The translations under genes were made by a program, and so were the position numbers. Under the pieces are notes generated by a model. The model was not told the origin of the DNA. It ran no database searches and saw only the letters and a list, made by a program, of their open reading frames with translations. A DNA stretch of 64,000 nucleotides from Dehalococcoidia bacterium. GTDB taxonomy: Bacteria; Chloroflexota; Dehalococcoidia; UBA2979. The stretch spans positions 480,001-544,000 of the forward strand of contig CAXXDN010000002.1 of NCBI GenBank assembly GCA_963667465.2, read 5' to 3'. Shown here in pieces: positions 28,201 to 38,009 of this stretch (position 1 is the first letter of the stretch; each line of letters opens with the position of its first letter).

Positions 28201-28603
28201 GCGCGGCCTGCCCGAGGGTCTCAGCGATTGCGTCCGGGAACGGGCCGTCGCCCCCGCGCACAGTGGCGAGCGAGAGCACGCTCGTCGCGCCGCTGCGCCT
28301 TTGCCCGGCGACCGCGTCGCCGAGCGCAGCGGCGACCGCCTGATCGAGGGCGGCCTGCGCGCCGAGGTAGGCGACGCGGTCGAGGGCGATGCCATCGCGG
28401 CTGACGCGCAGCTCGAGCGCGCCGGGCGGAGCCGTCGCCAGGGAATCGCGCAGCGCAACGTCGCGCAAGCGCTCGTGGGTGATCGGGACCGCCGCGATCG
28501 CACTGCTCAGCAGCAGTGCGCCGAGCAACAGCGCGAGCGTGATCCGCCACTGCTCGCGGAGACTGCCCAGCGCCAGGGCGATCAGCGGTCCAATCGGCTG
28601 CAC
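25274..28603 (-). CDS. Large FtsX/MacB-like ABC permease (1109 aa)
   Basis: N-terminal TM, large extracytoplasmic domains (LLEGRFP; VLGIDPATF), two TM clusters; in an operon with two ATPases. Confidence 0.8.
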   Translation of the reverse strand: MQPIGPLIALALGSLREQWRITLALLLGALLLSSAIAAVPITHERLRDVALRDSLATAPPGALELRVSRDGIALDRVAYLGAQAALDQAVAAALGDAVAGQRRSGATSVLSLATVRGGDGPFPDAIAETLGQAALRFRSDLEAHVTLLEGRFPEALPRGVGDPVPVLVAPGSAREAGLTPGQELVLIPRSSIAARFPIVIAGIAEPRDPASAYWSGRPGLLDRTTSGAFALFVPETTFFGALPDLLSGASAAFESTYAVDPAGIQAGDVTEIAARVRELPRQLAALGGAELESSLPQAIENAADLPGFDLPGLALRFGQIAAALGVLVFGAASLLAQRRGRVRDGLRLTGSSRNQIAALEVLAALPAALLALVAGAPVAALAIATLGRLEGFESLGDAFTISIQRDLPWAGAGALAVLVLALTASALADRTAAGRGVWLTTAAVGGGALFWALTRQETLFEGGETRYALLVAPAALLAPAALLAWRLVPLIARLLARPASLTRGIALIGGLRGVARGSVGVAFPLVVLAAAVALLLAALPGTLERSSVDRAAHSAGGDVRASGLTGLADAGEAERRAAIAGAGMAAGSPLVRTSGALGREGASMPVAVLGIDPATFGAVANVRPDLTTDPLPAILSALSANAAALEGRPVPPNTRQLGAWVRLTDTSGEVRIVLSLRNEGGRYLQLLLGVALAEPGSGRWAFHAADLTTPLGPDGVAIPAQHTAGPLTLHGYYLLLGEEASATPGSALLGPVLATPDAPAAPRDRINRLAGAGEAFGERSTVHDMRSLEDLEAISGSAAGDAQVIARNTLASPPGIRGAQHLDWDASAEPGASALRGLRQKTDGAPVLVYASRATVKELAIEPGEELTLAVGGEVLHAQLASALDGFPTFPAGSAFVVAGLDRLLAAVNASPRSDPLATNEAWFASAPPARATTVLRGAPLEAGTVIDRESLRAALGREQAAALGWRTVLTFAFGALVVAALAGMLLDIALRRAERESERAAIDALGGRPAGWLGGVTTETLFRLGGAAAVGVATGVVLADWLLAILARDASGTMIEPPLRMQLEGAPLWIAAVALAAGVVVTVAAAALRYRGRAVRPSPARIVPVGEA

Positions 28604-28659
28604 GGATCGATCCTATGCGATGGCACGCGCCGGGAGGCGGCGCGGGCGCCTCGGAGCTG

Positions 28660-29088
28660 CTACGGGAAGTCGTGGCGGAGGGTGCGGCTGGCGAATCGCC
28701 AGCCCTCGGCGGTGCGCCGCCACTCGTCGTAGTAGACGCCGCTGCTCGGCGGATCGCCCTCCGGCCCCACTCGCGAGGTAAGCAGCATCGTGCGCGTCCG
28801 TGCGCGATCGCCGTCCAGTTCCTCGAAGAGCGTGCCGCTCTGGTGGTGGCGGACCTGCACGCCCGGCTTGCGCGCGTCCATGCGCTCGCGCGCCCAGGCG
28901 CGGATCGCCTCGTGGCCGTGCGCGTCCACGCTTGGCCCGCCCGGCAACTCCGGATCCACGACGAAGCCGGCGTCCTCGACGAACAGCGCGACGTACGCCT
29001 CGAGGTCGCGGTCGTCCCAGGCGTAGGAGTAGCGTGCGATCTGCTCGATGATCGCGAGCCGGTCGGTGGTCTGCGTCTCAGCCTGCAT
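28660..29088 (-). CDS. SnoaL-like (NTF2 family) protein
   Basis: DRLAIIEQIARYSYAWDDRD...LFVEDA...GVYYDEWRRTAEGWRFASR. AAGGA SD. Confidence 0.88.
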   Translation of the reverse strand: MQAETQTTDRLAIIEQIARYSYAWDDRDLEAYVALFVEDAGFVVDPELPGGPSVDAHGHEAIRAWARERMDARKPGVQVRHHQSGTLFEELDGDRARTRTMLLTSRVGPEGDPPSSGVYYDEWRRTAEGWRFASRTLRHDFP

Positions 29089-29116
29089 CACATGGTCCTT
29101 TCCGTGTACGTGTGGA

Positions 29117-29503
29117 TCAGCGGTGGCCGAGGCGGCGCCGCTGGAAGCGCCAGCCGTCGGGCGTCCGTACGAGCTTGTCGTGGTAGACACCGAAGTGCGT
29201 CGCCACCGGCCCATCCCGGAGGTCGATTACGAGCAGGTAGAGCGTCATGCTCGCGGCGTCGCCCGAGCCCTCGATGACGATGTTGTTGTTCCAGTGGACG
29301 GCGGGGATGTCGCGCGCGATCAGCCGCTCCATGAACGCGATGAGCTCCGCCCGCCCGTTGGCCTGGAGCCTGGCGCCGCCGTCGAAGACCCCGTCGGGAG
29401 TGAAGCACCCCGCCCAGCCCGCGGCGTCGCGGCTGTCCATCAGGTGGTTGTAGCGCGCAGCGAGATCGAGGATCTCGAACCGGTCCGCTACCGATAGCGC
29501 CAT
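29117..29503 (-). CDS. SnoaL-like (NTF2 family) protein
   Basis: DRFEILDLAARYNHLMD...FTPDG...GVYHDKLVRTPDGWRF. Confidence 0.88.
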   Translation of the reverse strand: MALSVADRFEILDLAARYNHLMDSRDAAGWAGCFTPDGVFDGGARLQANGRAELIAFMERLIARDIPAVHWNNNIVIEGSGDAASMTLYLLVIDLRDGPVATHFGVYHDKLVRTPDGWRFQRRRLGHR

Positions 29504-29610
29504 GTTGCACCCCGTTCCACTCGGATGGTAGCGCTCCTGCGGACATGAGCGAGCGCGGCGCGTTGACCGGCCTTGATGGCTGCGCCAACCTCGGCGCGAG
29601 GGGAGCGGCG

Positions 29611-30579
29611 ATGACACAGCTCGGCATGGTGCTGCATCACGGCATCGAGGACGGGGCGCAGCTGCGCGGCTTCGGGCAGCTCACGGAGCGCCTCGGCTAC
29701 GACTCGCTGTGGGTGACGGAGCGCTACTTCCACGAGGAGACCGCCGCGCTGCTCGGCTTCCTCGCCGCGGGGACGGAGCGCGTCGACCTCGGCGTCGGCG
29801 TGGTGAACCCCTACACGCGCCCGCCAGCGCTGCTGGCGATGGCCGCGGCCACGCTCGACCGCCTCTCCGGCGGCCGTCTCGTCCTCGGCCTCGGCCGCAG
29901 CGAGCGCGAGGTGATCGAGGGCGCCCTGGGCATCCCCTACGGCCGCCCGCGCGAGCGCCTGCGCGGGGCCGTCGAATCGGTGCGCGCGCTGCTCGCCGGC
30001 GAGGCTGTCGAGGGCGTGCGGCTGGCGCTCACGCCGAGCCGCGAGCGCGTCCCGATCTACGTCGCCGCGATCGGGTCGCGCGCGCTGCGCCTCGCGGGGG
30101 CCGTCGCCGACGGGGTGGTGCTCAACGCCTACGCTCCCGCGGCCTACGTGCGCCGCGCCGTCGCCGAGGTGCGCGACGCGGCCCGCGAGGCCGGCCGCGA
30201 CCCCGGCGCCGTGCGCATCGCCTGCATGCTCGTCGTGCGCCTCACTGACCGGCCGGACGAGCTGCTGCCGCAACTCCGCGAGCGGCTCGCCGGCCTGCTC
30301 GCCGAGCCGCACACCGGCGAGCTGCTGCTCGAGTGGGGCGGCTTCGACTCCTCGTTGCCTGCACGGCTGCGCGAGACGATCGCCTCGGAGGGCCCGTCCG
30401 AGGCCGCGCGCCTCGTCGGCGACGAGCTCGCCGCCGCCCTTGTCCTGCTCGGCCCGGCGGAGCGCTGCCGCGAGCGGATCGAGGAGTACCGCGCGGCCGG
30501 GGTGCAAGAGGCGCTGTTGCTGCCCCGCCTGCCAGACTTCGAGCGGGTCGCACGGGCGCTCGCGCCCCAGGGTAGCTAG
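29611..30579 (+). CDS. LLM-class flavin-dependent oxidoreductase (Mer-like)
   Basis: GYDSLWVTE, GVVNPYTRPPALLAMAAATLDRLSGGRLVLGLG, PIYVAAIG..ALRLAGAVADG. Confidence 0.9.
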   Translation: MTQLGMVLHHGIEDGAQLRGFGQLTERLGYDSLWVTERYFHEETAALLGFLAAGTERVDLGVGVVNPYTRPPALLAMAAATLDRLSGGRLVLGLGRSEREVIEGALGIPYGRPRERLRGAVESVRALLAGEAVEGVRLALTPSRERVPIYVAAIGSRALRLAGAVADGVVLNAYAPAAYVRRAVAEVRDAAREAGRDPGAVRIACMLVVRLTDRPDELLPQLRERLAGLLAEPHTGELLLEWGGFDSSLPARLRETIASEGPSEAARLVGDELAAALVLLGPAERCRERIEEYRAAGVQEALLLPRLPDFERVARALAPQGS

Positions 30580-30599
30580 TCGCTTGCGCCCGCGGCCGG

Positions 30600-31823
30600 T
30601 TAGTCGCGGAGCTGGATGCGGCGGAAGACGACGAGCAGGGCGGCGTCGTAGCCGGCCTTGAGCGCGCCACCGACGAGCAGCGGCAACCCCCACGGTCCAA
30701 CCGCGAGCAGCGCGCCCCCGAGCGCCGGGCTCGCCGCCGCCGAGAGCGTGCGGACCACGTTCGTGACGCTCGCCGCGGGGGCGCGTTCCTCGGGGGTCAC
30801 GACCGAGACGATCAGTGTCGTGCGCGGCGCGATGTCGATCGGCGAGAGCGCCTGGCGCACGAACAGCGCGACGAGGACCAACGGCAGCGTGGGCATCAGC
30901 GGGGCGACCATCAGCGCGATATTCGCCGGCAGATGGGCGTAGGCCATCGTCTCGATGATCCCGATGCGCGCCGTGATCGGCGGCGCCAGGAGCAGCGAGA
31001 ACGTGCTGAGCAGCCGCGCGGCGAAGAAGATCACCGCCGCCTCCTCGAGCGAGATGCCGAAGCGATCGAACAGCCAGACGGCCATCACTGCCTGCACGGC
31101 GAGCCCGCCCCCGAAGGCGTCGACGGCGAACAGACCCGAGAGGCGGAACACCGTGCCTCGCGACTCTCGCAGCTGGCCGCGAGACGCCGTGCCGGTGGTC
31201 TCCAGCTCAACGGCCCGGCTGAGCGGGCGGTAGGTCGCGAGCATTGCGATGCCGGTCAGGCCGTAGAGCGCGAAGGCCCAGCGCAGAGTCGTGGCGAGAT
31301 CGACGCCGGTGGCGTCGGCGACGGGTCCCGCCGCGCCGCTGGCCAGCGAGCCGAAGGCGAAGGCAATCGAGCCGAACAGCGTGTAGCGGGCGTACACCCA
31401 GGTCCGCCGCGATCGCTCGGTAGTCGTCGCCAGCGCCGCCTGCTCCACCGGCTGGAACAGCGAGAAGTCGCCCGCGCTCGGGCTCATCGTGCCGAAGAAG
31501 GCAACGACCAGTAGCAGCCAGTACGGCTCGGAGAGGGCGAACGCGACCCCGCTCGCGCTCACGAGCAGCGACCCCGCCATCAGCGTGCGCCGCCGCCCGA
31601 AACGGTCGACGACGAAGCCCGCGATCAGCGTCGCCACGGACTTGCCGAAGAGCGCGACGGTGACGAGCGCGCCGATCTCGAAGGCATTGAAGCCGCGCTC
31701 GCTCAGGTAGGCGGCGAGGGCGACGCTGGCGAAGCCGTCGCCGAGGGAGCGGATCGCCCTCGTCGCGACCATCCGGCGCGCATCGGCGTCGACGCCCGGG
31801 AGCAGTGCATTCGTCACGCGCAT
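30600..31823 (-). CDS. MFS transporter
   Basis: About 12 TM segments; motif A GFVVDRFGRR. Start approximate. Confidence 0.88.
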   Translation of the reverse strand: MRVTNALLPGVDADARRMVATRAIRSLGDGFASVALAAYLSERGFNAFEIGALVTVALFGKSVATLIAGFVVDRFGRRRTLMAGSLLVSASGVAFALSEPYWLLLVVAFFGTMSPSAGDFSLFQPVEQAALATTTERSRRTWVYARYTLFGSIAFAFGSLASGAAGPVADATGVDLATTLRWAFALYGLTGIAMLATYRPLSRAVELETTGTASRGQLRESRGTVFRLSGLFAVDAFGGGLAVQAVMAVWLFDRFGISLEEAAVIFFAARLLSTFSLLLAPPITARIGIIETMAYAHLPANIALMVAPLMPTLPLVLVALFVRQALSPIDIAPRTTLIVSVVTPEERAPAASVTNVVRTLSAAASPALGGALLAVGPWGLPLLVGGALKAGYDAALLVVFRRIQLRD

Positions 31824-31883
31824 CGCCGCCAAGGGAAGCACGCCGCGCGCCTGACCGCGACGGTGGCGGGCTGTTGCCGGGCC

Positions 31884-32318
31884 TCAGTGCACAGGCGGCG
31901 GGATATCGAGGTGGAGGGCGCGGCGGGCGAAACGCCAGCCGTCGGGCTCCCGCACCCAGTCGTCCGTGTAGACGCCCTGCGTCCAGGGCCTCGGGATCTG
32001 CCGGTCCGGCAGCATGCGCGACTCGAGCAGCATCGTGCGCGTGCGCGCCGTGTCGGTCGTGAGCTCGTCGAAGACGGTGCCGCTCTGGTTATGGCGCGTC
32101 TGCGCGTCGCCCCAGCGCTCCATCGTCGCCCGGACCCATTCGAGGATGCCGGCGTGGCCCTCGGCGTGGATGAACGGCTCCGGGTGTGCGACCGACGTGA
32201 CCTCGAAGACGCCGCGTATGCTGAACAGCGCCGTGTACGCCTCGACGTCGCGGCTGTCGACGGCGTACGAATAGCGCTGGATCGCCTCGATAATCGCGAG
32301 CCGGTCGTCGGCGCTCAT
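31884..32318 (-). CDS. SnoaL-like (NTF2 family) protein
   Basis: DRLAIIEAIQRYSYAVDSRD...GVYTDDWVREPDGWRFARR; close paralog of 28660-29088. Confidence 0.88.
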   Translation of the reverse strand: MSADDRLAIIEAIQRYSYAVDSRDVEAYTALFSIRGVFEVTSVAHPEPFIHAEGHAGILEWVRATMERWGDAQTRHNQSGTVFDELTTDTARTRTMLLESRMLPDRQIPRPWTQGVYTDDWVREPDGWRFARRALHLDIPPPVH

Positions 32319-32388
32319 GGCGCAAGCCTCGCCGCCCCGCCGCGAGAAGGCAAGGGCCGCCGGGCTGCGCCCCCGAGGGAGGCCCGCG

Positions 32389-33432
32389 ATGCCCATTGTC
32401 CAGAGCAGCGACCTGCACGACTTCATCGTGCGGATGTTCACAGCCGTCGGCTCACCCGATCACGATGCGCGCGAGCTGGCCGACCACCTGATCGACTCCA
32501 ACCTCGCCGGCCACGACTCGCACGGCGTGATCCGCGCGCCGCAGTACCTCGGGCAGATCGAGACCGGGCTGATCGTGCCCGGCGCCTCGTCCGAGGTGGT
32601 GCGCGAGACGGAGACGACGACGCTGCTGCGCGGAAACTGGAACTACGGCCAGGTCGTCGGCCGCGAGGCGATGGACGCCTCGATCGCGAAGGCGCGCGCC
32701 CACGGCATCGGCATCACGGTCGCCTGGGAGCTCTCGCACACGGGGCGGATGGGTACGTACGGCGAGCAGGCGGCGCGCGCGGGGATGCTGGCGATCGCGA
32801 CGGTCCAGGGCCAGGGCCGGAGCGTCGCGCCCTTCGGCGGCGCCGAGGGCCGGCTCTCCACCAACCCGATCGTCGTCGCCGCGCCAACCCCCGACCCGGA
32901 GCAGCCGTTCGTGCTCGACATGGCCACCTCGGTGGCCGCGGGCGGCAAGGTGAAGGTGGCGGACGCCGCCAACTCCGAGCTGCCGCCGGACTGGGCGATC
33001 GACGCGGAGGGCCGTCCCACGCGCGACCCCTCGGCGATCGAGGCGGGCGGCGCGATCCTCCCCCTCGGCGGTCCGGCAGGGCACAAGGGCTTCGGACTCT
33101 CGCTGGCGGTGACGGCGCTCGGTGCGCTCACCCCCGAGATCGAATTCGGCAAGCACCGGGGCAGCAGCACGGTCATGCTCGCGGTGGACCTGAAGCGCTT
33201 CCGCGAGCCCTCGGAGTACACGCGGGTGTTCGGCGCCTTCCTCGACTTCGTCCGGGAGACGCCGCTGCAGGAAGGTGTCGAGGAGATCGTCGTCCCCGGC
33301 GAGCTGGAGCGCCGTAACCGCGACCGTCGCCGCCGCGACGGCATCGACCTCGACGACGGCACCTGGCAGCGCCTCGCGGACGGCGCGGTGCAGACGGGGA
33401 TCGAGCCACTGCCGGGGATGAGTGGCACGTAG
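32389..33432 (+). CDS. Ldh_2 family (malate/L-lactate/sulfolactate-type) oxidoreductase
   Basis: NLAGHDSHG, HTGRMG, STNPI, VLDMATS, GHKGFGL, PGELE. GGAGG SD. Confidence 0.9.
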   Translation: MPIVQSSDLHDFIVRMFTAVGSPDHDARELADHLIDSNLAGHDSHGVIRAPQYLGQIETGLIVPGASSEVVRETETTTLLRGNWNYGQVVGREAMDASIAKARAHGIGITVAWELSHTGRMGTYGEQAARAGMLAIATVQGQGRSVAPFGGAEGRLSTNPIVVAAPTPDPEQPFVLDMATSVAAGGKVKVADAANSELPPDWAIDAEGRPTRDPSAIEAGGAILPLGGPAGHKGFGLSLAVTALGALTPEIEFGKHRGSSTVMLAVDLKRFREPSEYTRVFGAFLDFVRETPLQEGVEEIVVPGELERRNRDRRRRDGIDLDDGTWQRLADGAVQTGIEPLPGMSGT

Positions 33433-33476
33433 TCCGAGCGCCCCGCTCAGCGACTCGTGTGGTACAGTCCGTCATA

Positions 33477-33504
33477 TATGGCACTATTGAGTTGACGTGC
33501 CATA
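33477..33504. promoter_or_regulatory. Putative VapBC autoregulatory operator
   Basis: TATGGCAC-N12-GTGCCATA perfect inverted repeat in an AT-richer stretch; a further GTGCCA half-site at ~33516. Confidence 0.6.
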
Positions 33505-33522
33505 CAGTGATCAAGGTGCCAC

Positions 33523-33771
33523 ATGGAGCAGACTGCGACCAAGGTCGACCGGCACGGCCGGATAGTCATCCCCGCCGAGTACCGGCGTGCCCTCGGACTT
33601 CGCGAGGGCGACCCGGTCACGGTTCAGCTTGATGACGGTGAACTGCGAATCCTCACGCGGGCCCAGGCGATCCGGCGCGCGCAAGAGATCCTTGCCAAGT
33701 ACGTACCCCCCGGGAGGTCGCTCGTCGACGAACTGATCGCCGAACGCCGCGCCGAGGCCGCGCGTGAGTAG
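33523..33771 (+). CDS. vapB: AbrB/MazE/SpoVT-family antitoxin (VapB)
   Basis: KVDRHGRIVIPAEYRRALGLREGD...SLVDELIAERR. Confidence 0.9.
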   Translation: MEQTATKVDRHGRIVIPAEYRRALGLREGDPVTVQLDDGELRILTRAQAIRRAQEILAKYVPPGRSLVDELIAERRAEAARE

Positions 33772-34153
33772 TTGGGTTCTGGATGCCTCGGCACTGATGG
33801 CCGTGGTCAACAATGAACCCGGCGCCGGGCGCGTTGAAGAGGCGCTCGATGCGGGCGCCATCATGAGTACCGTGAATCTCTCGGAGGTCGTTTCGAAGCT
33901 CGCCGAGGTGGGCTTGCGGGAGAACGAGCTCCTGGCAGTGGTTGGTCCCGCGGGTCTTCAGTTCGCGGTCTTCGATGCCGACGACGCGCTCGCTGCCGGG
34001 CTGCTCCGGCCGTCCACCCGATCGGCCGGACTCTCGTTCGGTGATCGCGCCTGCCTCGCGCTTGCATCGCGGACAGGCGCTGCGGTTCTTACGGCCGACA
34101 GGGCCTGGGCGGAGCTTCATCTCGAAGGCATCGAGGTCCAACTCTTCCGCTAG
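33764..34153 (+). CDS. vapC: PIN-domain toxin VapC
   Basis: VLDASA..NEPG..VNLSEV..GLSFGDRACLALA..LTADRAW; overlaps the antitoxin. Confidence 0.92.
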   Translation: MSSWVLDASALMAVVNNEPGAGRVEEALDAGAIMSTVNLSEVVSKLAEVGLRENELLAVVGPAGLQFAVFDADDALAAGLLRPSTRSAGLSFGDRACLALASRTGAAVLTADRAWAELHLEGIEVQLFR

Positions 34154-34174
34154 CCTCGCGGCCCGCTCGGTCCG

Positions 34175-35221
34175 CTACAGCGCGGGCAGGACCTCGTCGC
34201 GGAGCAACTCGAGGTGGCGGAGTTGGCCGGCGCCCCAGGCGAACCAGACCTTGTCGATACCTCGTGACTGGAGCTCGCGGAGGCGGGCGGCGAAGGCGGG
34301 CGGGTCTCCGACGACGCCGTAGCGCTCGTAGAAGTACTCCGTGAGGCCGGACTCCTCCATGCGCCGCACGTTGTCCCCGTGCGCGAACTGGTGCTGCGTG
34401 GTGTCGTAGCTCGCGACGAAGCGCTCGAGCTGCGGGGCCAGCTCCGGCGGGACGTTCTTGCCCTCGAATCCGAAGCGCATCGAGTGGTTGCCCGCGGAAG
34501 AGATGCTTCCCTTCGCGACCTCGATCGCCTCGTCCATCGTTCGCTCCAGCGACGGTCGTGCCGTCCACCAGATGTCGAGGTCGTCGAGCGTGCGGCCGGA
34601 CTCCCTCGCGCCTGCCTCGATGCGCTCGAGGGCGTCCTCGATCGTTTCCGGGAGCAGGCCCGCGCCGATCACCACGCCGTCGCCGATGCGGCCCGCGAGG
34701 TGCAGCATCAGCGGGCCCTCGGCGAGGATGTAGATCATCGCCTCCGGCCGGTACGACCACTGCGACCAGCGGACCACCTGCTCGCGGCCCTGGTAGCTGG
34801 CGCGCCCCGTGCGGATCAGGTCGCGCATGCACTGCACGTAGTCCTCAATCACCGCGCGCCGTCCGGGCTTGAGCCCGGCGTTGTAGGCGGCCGTGTCGCC
34901 TGAGGCCATCACCAGGCAGGCGCGCCCCTTCGAAAGCGAGTCAAGACCCGCGAGCACCGAGGCCATCACGCTCGGCTCGCGCGTGACCGGGTTCGTCGGC
35001 GAGATGCCGATCAGCGCCTGCTCGGTCTGCTCGGCCATCAATGTGGCGACGATCACCGCGTCGAAGTGCGACCACTGCGAGTCGCCGATGGCGATCCGCG
35101 AGATACCGACCTCCTCGGCGATGCCGAGCATCGCGCTCAGCCGCGCGCGCTCGGCGTCCTCGAGGTCGTCGATGCGGAAGGAGATGCCGAGGTGCGGCCT
35201 CCCGCCGGAGCCGAAGGTCAC
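34175..35221 (-). CDS. LLM-class flavin-dependent oxidoreductase
   Basis: IGDSQ, TNPVTREPSV, LDSLSKGRA, AEGPLMLHLAGRIGDGV. Confidence 0.88.
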   Translation of the reverse strand: MTFGSGGRPHLGISFRIDDLEDAERARLSAMLGIAEEVGISRIAIGDSQWSHFDAVIVATLMAEQTEQALIGISPTNPVTREPSVMASVLAGLDSLSKGRACLVMASGDTAAYNAGLKPGRRAVIEDYVQCMRDLIRTGRASYQGREQVVRWSQWSYRPEAMIYILAEGPLMLHLAGRIGDGVVIGAGLLPETIEDALERIEAGARESGRTLDDLDIWWTARPSLERTMDEAIEVAKGSISSAGNHSMRFGFEGKNVPPELAPQLERFVASYDTTQHQFAHGDNVRRMEESGLTEYFYERYGVVGDPPAFAARLRELQSRGIDKVWFAWGAGQLRHLELLRDEVLPAL

Positions 35222-35222
35222 G

Positions 35223-35879
<657 letters not shown>

Positions 35880-36060
35880 CGCTGCGCCTCTCGCTGCGAA
35901 CACGGGTTGTGGATCGCGACGAGCCCGCCGAACTCTCGATCGTCGAGGGCGCCCCGCCGCCGCGCGATCCATGGTAGCGGTTCCGGAGATGCTGCGTGTT
36001 GGACGGGCGTCGGCTAGGCTTCGCCGCCGGAACACGACGGCACGCCGGGGAGGCGCGGAC

Positions 36061-37269
36061 ATGAAGATCGACATCTTTTGCGAGGTCCAGAAGGCCGAGG
36101 AGTCCTGGGGCGAGGACCATGAGCAGGTTCTGATCCAGGAAACGCTGGAGCAGGCGCGGCTCGCCGACGAGCTCGGCTACGGCTGCTGGTGGGAGGTGGA
36201 GCACCACGCCGCCGGCATCTTCAGCCACAGCTCGGCGCCGGAGATCATGCTGACGACGATCGCGAACCAGACGAAGAACCTCCGCGTCGGCCACGCTGCC
36301 GTCCTTGCGCCGTTCAACTTCAACCACCCCGTGCGTGTCGCGGAGCGCGCCGCCTTCCTCGACCACGTCAGCCGGGGCCGCCTCGAGGTGGGACTCGCGC
36401 GCTCGACCGCTCCGGAGTGGCGGCTGTTCGACATCGAACCCGACGACGCCCGCAACCAGATGCAGGAAACCTTCGAGATGCTGCCGAAGATCTGGACGGA
36501 AGAGGAGTTCTCCTGGAACAGCGAGAGCTTCCAGATTGACCGCCGCAACATCGTCCCGAAGCCCTACCAGAAGCCGCACCCGCGCCTCTGGCAGGCGGTC
36601 GGCACCGCCGGAGGCTTCCAGCAGGCCGGGCGCAACGGCGTCGGCGTGCTGCTCACGACGGTCAACTTCCCGATCGAGGCGGTCGCCTCGATGCTCTCGA
36701 TCTACCGCGAGGAGATCAAGAACTGCGACCCGGTCGGCAAGTTTGTGAACGACCAGGTCGCGCTGTTCACCTTCGTGCACTGCGCCGAGACCGAGCAGGA
36801 GGCGATCGACAACGGCGCCGCCGCCGCGGCTGCCTGGTACGTCAACACCGTGTCCGACTTCTTCGAGGTGCGCGAGTTCATGCTGCGGGCCGGCGATGAA
36901 CTCGCCGCCGCCGTGTCCGCCAACCCTGACAGCGCGCTTGCGGACTGGGCCGCCATGCAGGAGGAGGCTGCCGCGAATATCGAGGAGACCGAGTTCACGC
37001 AACTGCTCAACCGCATGGTTTCCGGCGAGCACATCAGCAACGAGGAAGCCTACGAGATCCTCAACAAGCAGGACACGGTGATCATCGGCGACGTCGACAC
37101 CTGCCGGAAGAAGATGCAGCGCTACCGCGACATCGGCCTCGACCGCCTGATGTGCTTCCAGCAGGTCGGCAACCTCACCCCCGAGGCGATCAAGAAGAGC
37201 ATGCGCCTGGTCGGCGAGCAGTTGATTCCCGAGTTCGATCCGGAGGCGACGCCCGCGGGCGCCTCGTAG
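36061..37269 (+). CDS. LLM-class flavin-dependent oxidoreductase (luciferase-like)
   Basis: [49 protein letters not shown]. Confidence 0.92.
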   Translation: MKIDIFCEVQKAEESWGEDHEQVLIQETLEQARLADELGYGCWWEVEHHAAGIFSHSSAPEIMLTTIANQTKNLRVGHAAVLAPFNFNHPVRVAERAAFLDHVSRGRLEVGLARSTAPEWRLFDIEPDDARNQMQETFEMLPKIWTEEEFSWNSESFQIDRRNIVPKPYQKPHPRLWQAVGTAGGFQQAGRNGVGVLLTTVNFPIEAVASMLSIYREEIKNCDPVGKFVNDQVALFTFVHCAETEQEAIDNGAAAAAAWYVNTVSDFFEVREFMLRAGDELAAAVSANPDSALADWAAMQEEAAANIEETEFTQLLNRMVSGEHISNEEAYEILNKQDTVIIGDVDTCRKKMQRYRDIGLDRLMCFQQVGNLTPEAIKKSMRLVGEQLIPEFDPEATPAGAS

Positions 37270-37377
37270 CCGCGTCTCGGGCGCCTCGGGCGCATCGGGC
37301 GCTGCCCGATGCGGGCGGCGGCTTGCTATGCTGCGCCCGCGTCGGGCCGCCAGGGCGGTCCGGGAAGGAGTGCGGTC

Positions 37378-37794
37378 ATGACACTGCCCGTCGAGGACCA
37401 CCTCGCAATCCTCAATCTCGCCTACCGCTACGCGCAGGCCTTCGACTTCATCCAGCCGGACGACTACGCGAACTGCTTCACGCCGGACGGCGTCTTCGAC
37501 GCGCGGCCCGTCGGCCTCTTCGAGGGCCACGCCGCGCTGAGGGCCTTCTCGGCGAGTGCGGGGGAGACCGGCGGCGACACCGGCAGCCGCCACTGGATGG
37601 GCAACCCCGTCATCGACGGCGATGGCGACGAGGCGTCGATGACCACCATGCTGATGATGGTGAACACCGGCGCCGCCTCCAGCACGGGCGTCACCGGCGT
37701 TTACCGCGACAAGCTGGTCAAGGTCGACGGCGAGTGGAAGATCAAGCACCGCCACCTGACGTTCGAGGAGCCGCCGGAAGGCTACGAGGAGTAA
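37378..37794 (+). CDS. SnoaL-like (NTF2 family) protein
   Basis: DHLAILNLAYRYAQAFD...FTPDGVF...GVYRDKLVKVDGEWKIKHR. AAGGAG SD. Confidence 0.88.
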   Translation: MTLPVEDHLAILNLAYRYAQAFDFIQPDDYANCFTPDGVFDARPVGLFEGHAALRAFSASAGETGGDTGSRHWMGNPVIDGDGDEASMTTMLMMVNTGAASSTGVTGVYRDKLVKVDGEWKIKHRHLTFEEPPEGYEE

Positions 37795-37884
37795 CGCACT
37801 GCCCGGTGGGGCGATCCGCCAGGCCAACTGACCGCGCGAGGGCTGTTGTTCGCCCTCGCGCCCTCGCGTACGATCCACGCGCGC

Positions 37885-37960
37885 GCCGAGGTAGCTCAGT
37901 TGGTAGAGCACGCGACTGAAAATCGCGGTGTCGGCAGTTCAAATCTGCCCCTCGGCACCA
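37885..37960 (+). tRNA. tRNA-Phe (GAA)
   Basis: GCCGAGG acceptor stem, AGCTCAGTTGGTAGAGC D-arm, CGCGA-CTGAAAA-TCGCG anticodon arm, GTTCAAAT T-loop, encoded CCA; 76 nt. Confidence 0.98.
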
Positions 37961-38009
37961 CCACGCCGGGCGCGACGCAATACGGGAGGGACGTGACGAG
38001 GATGCCGCA

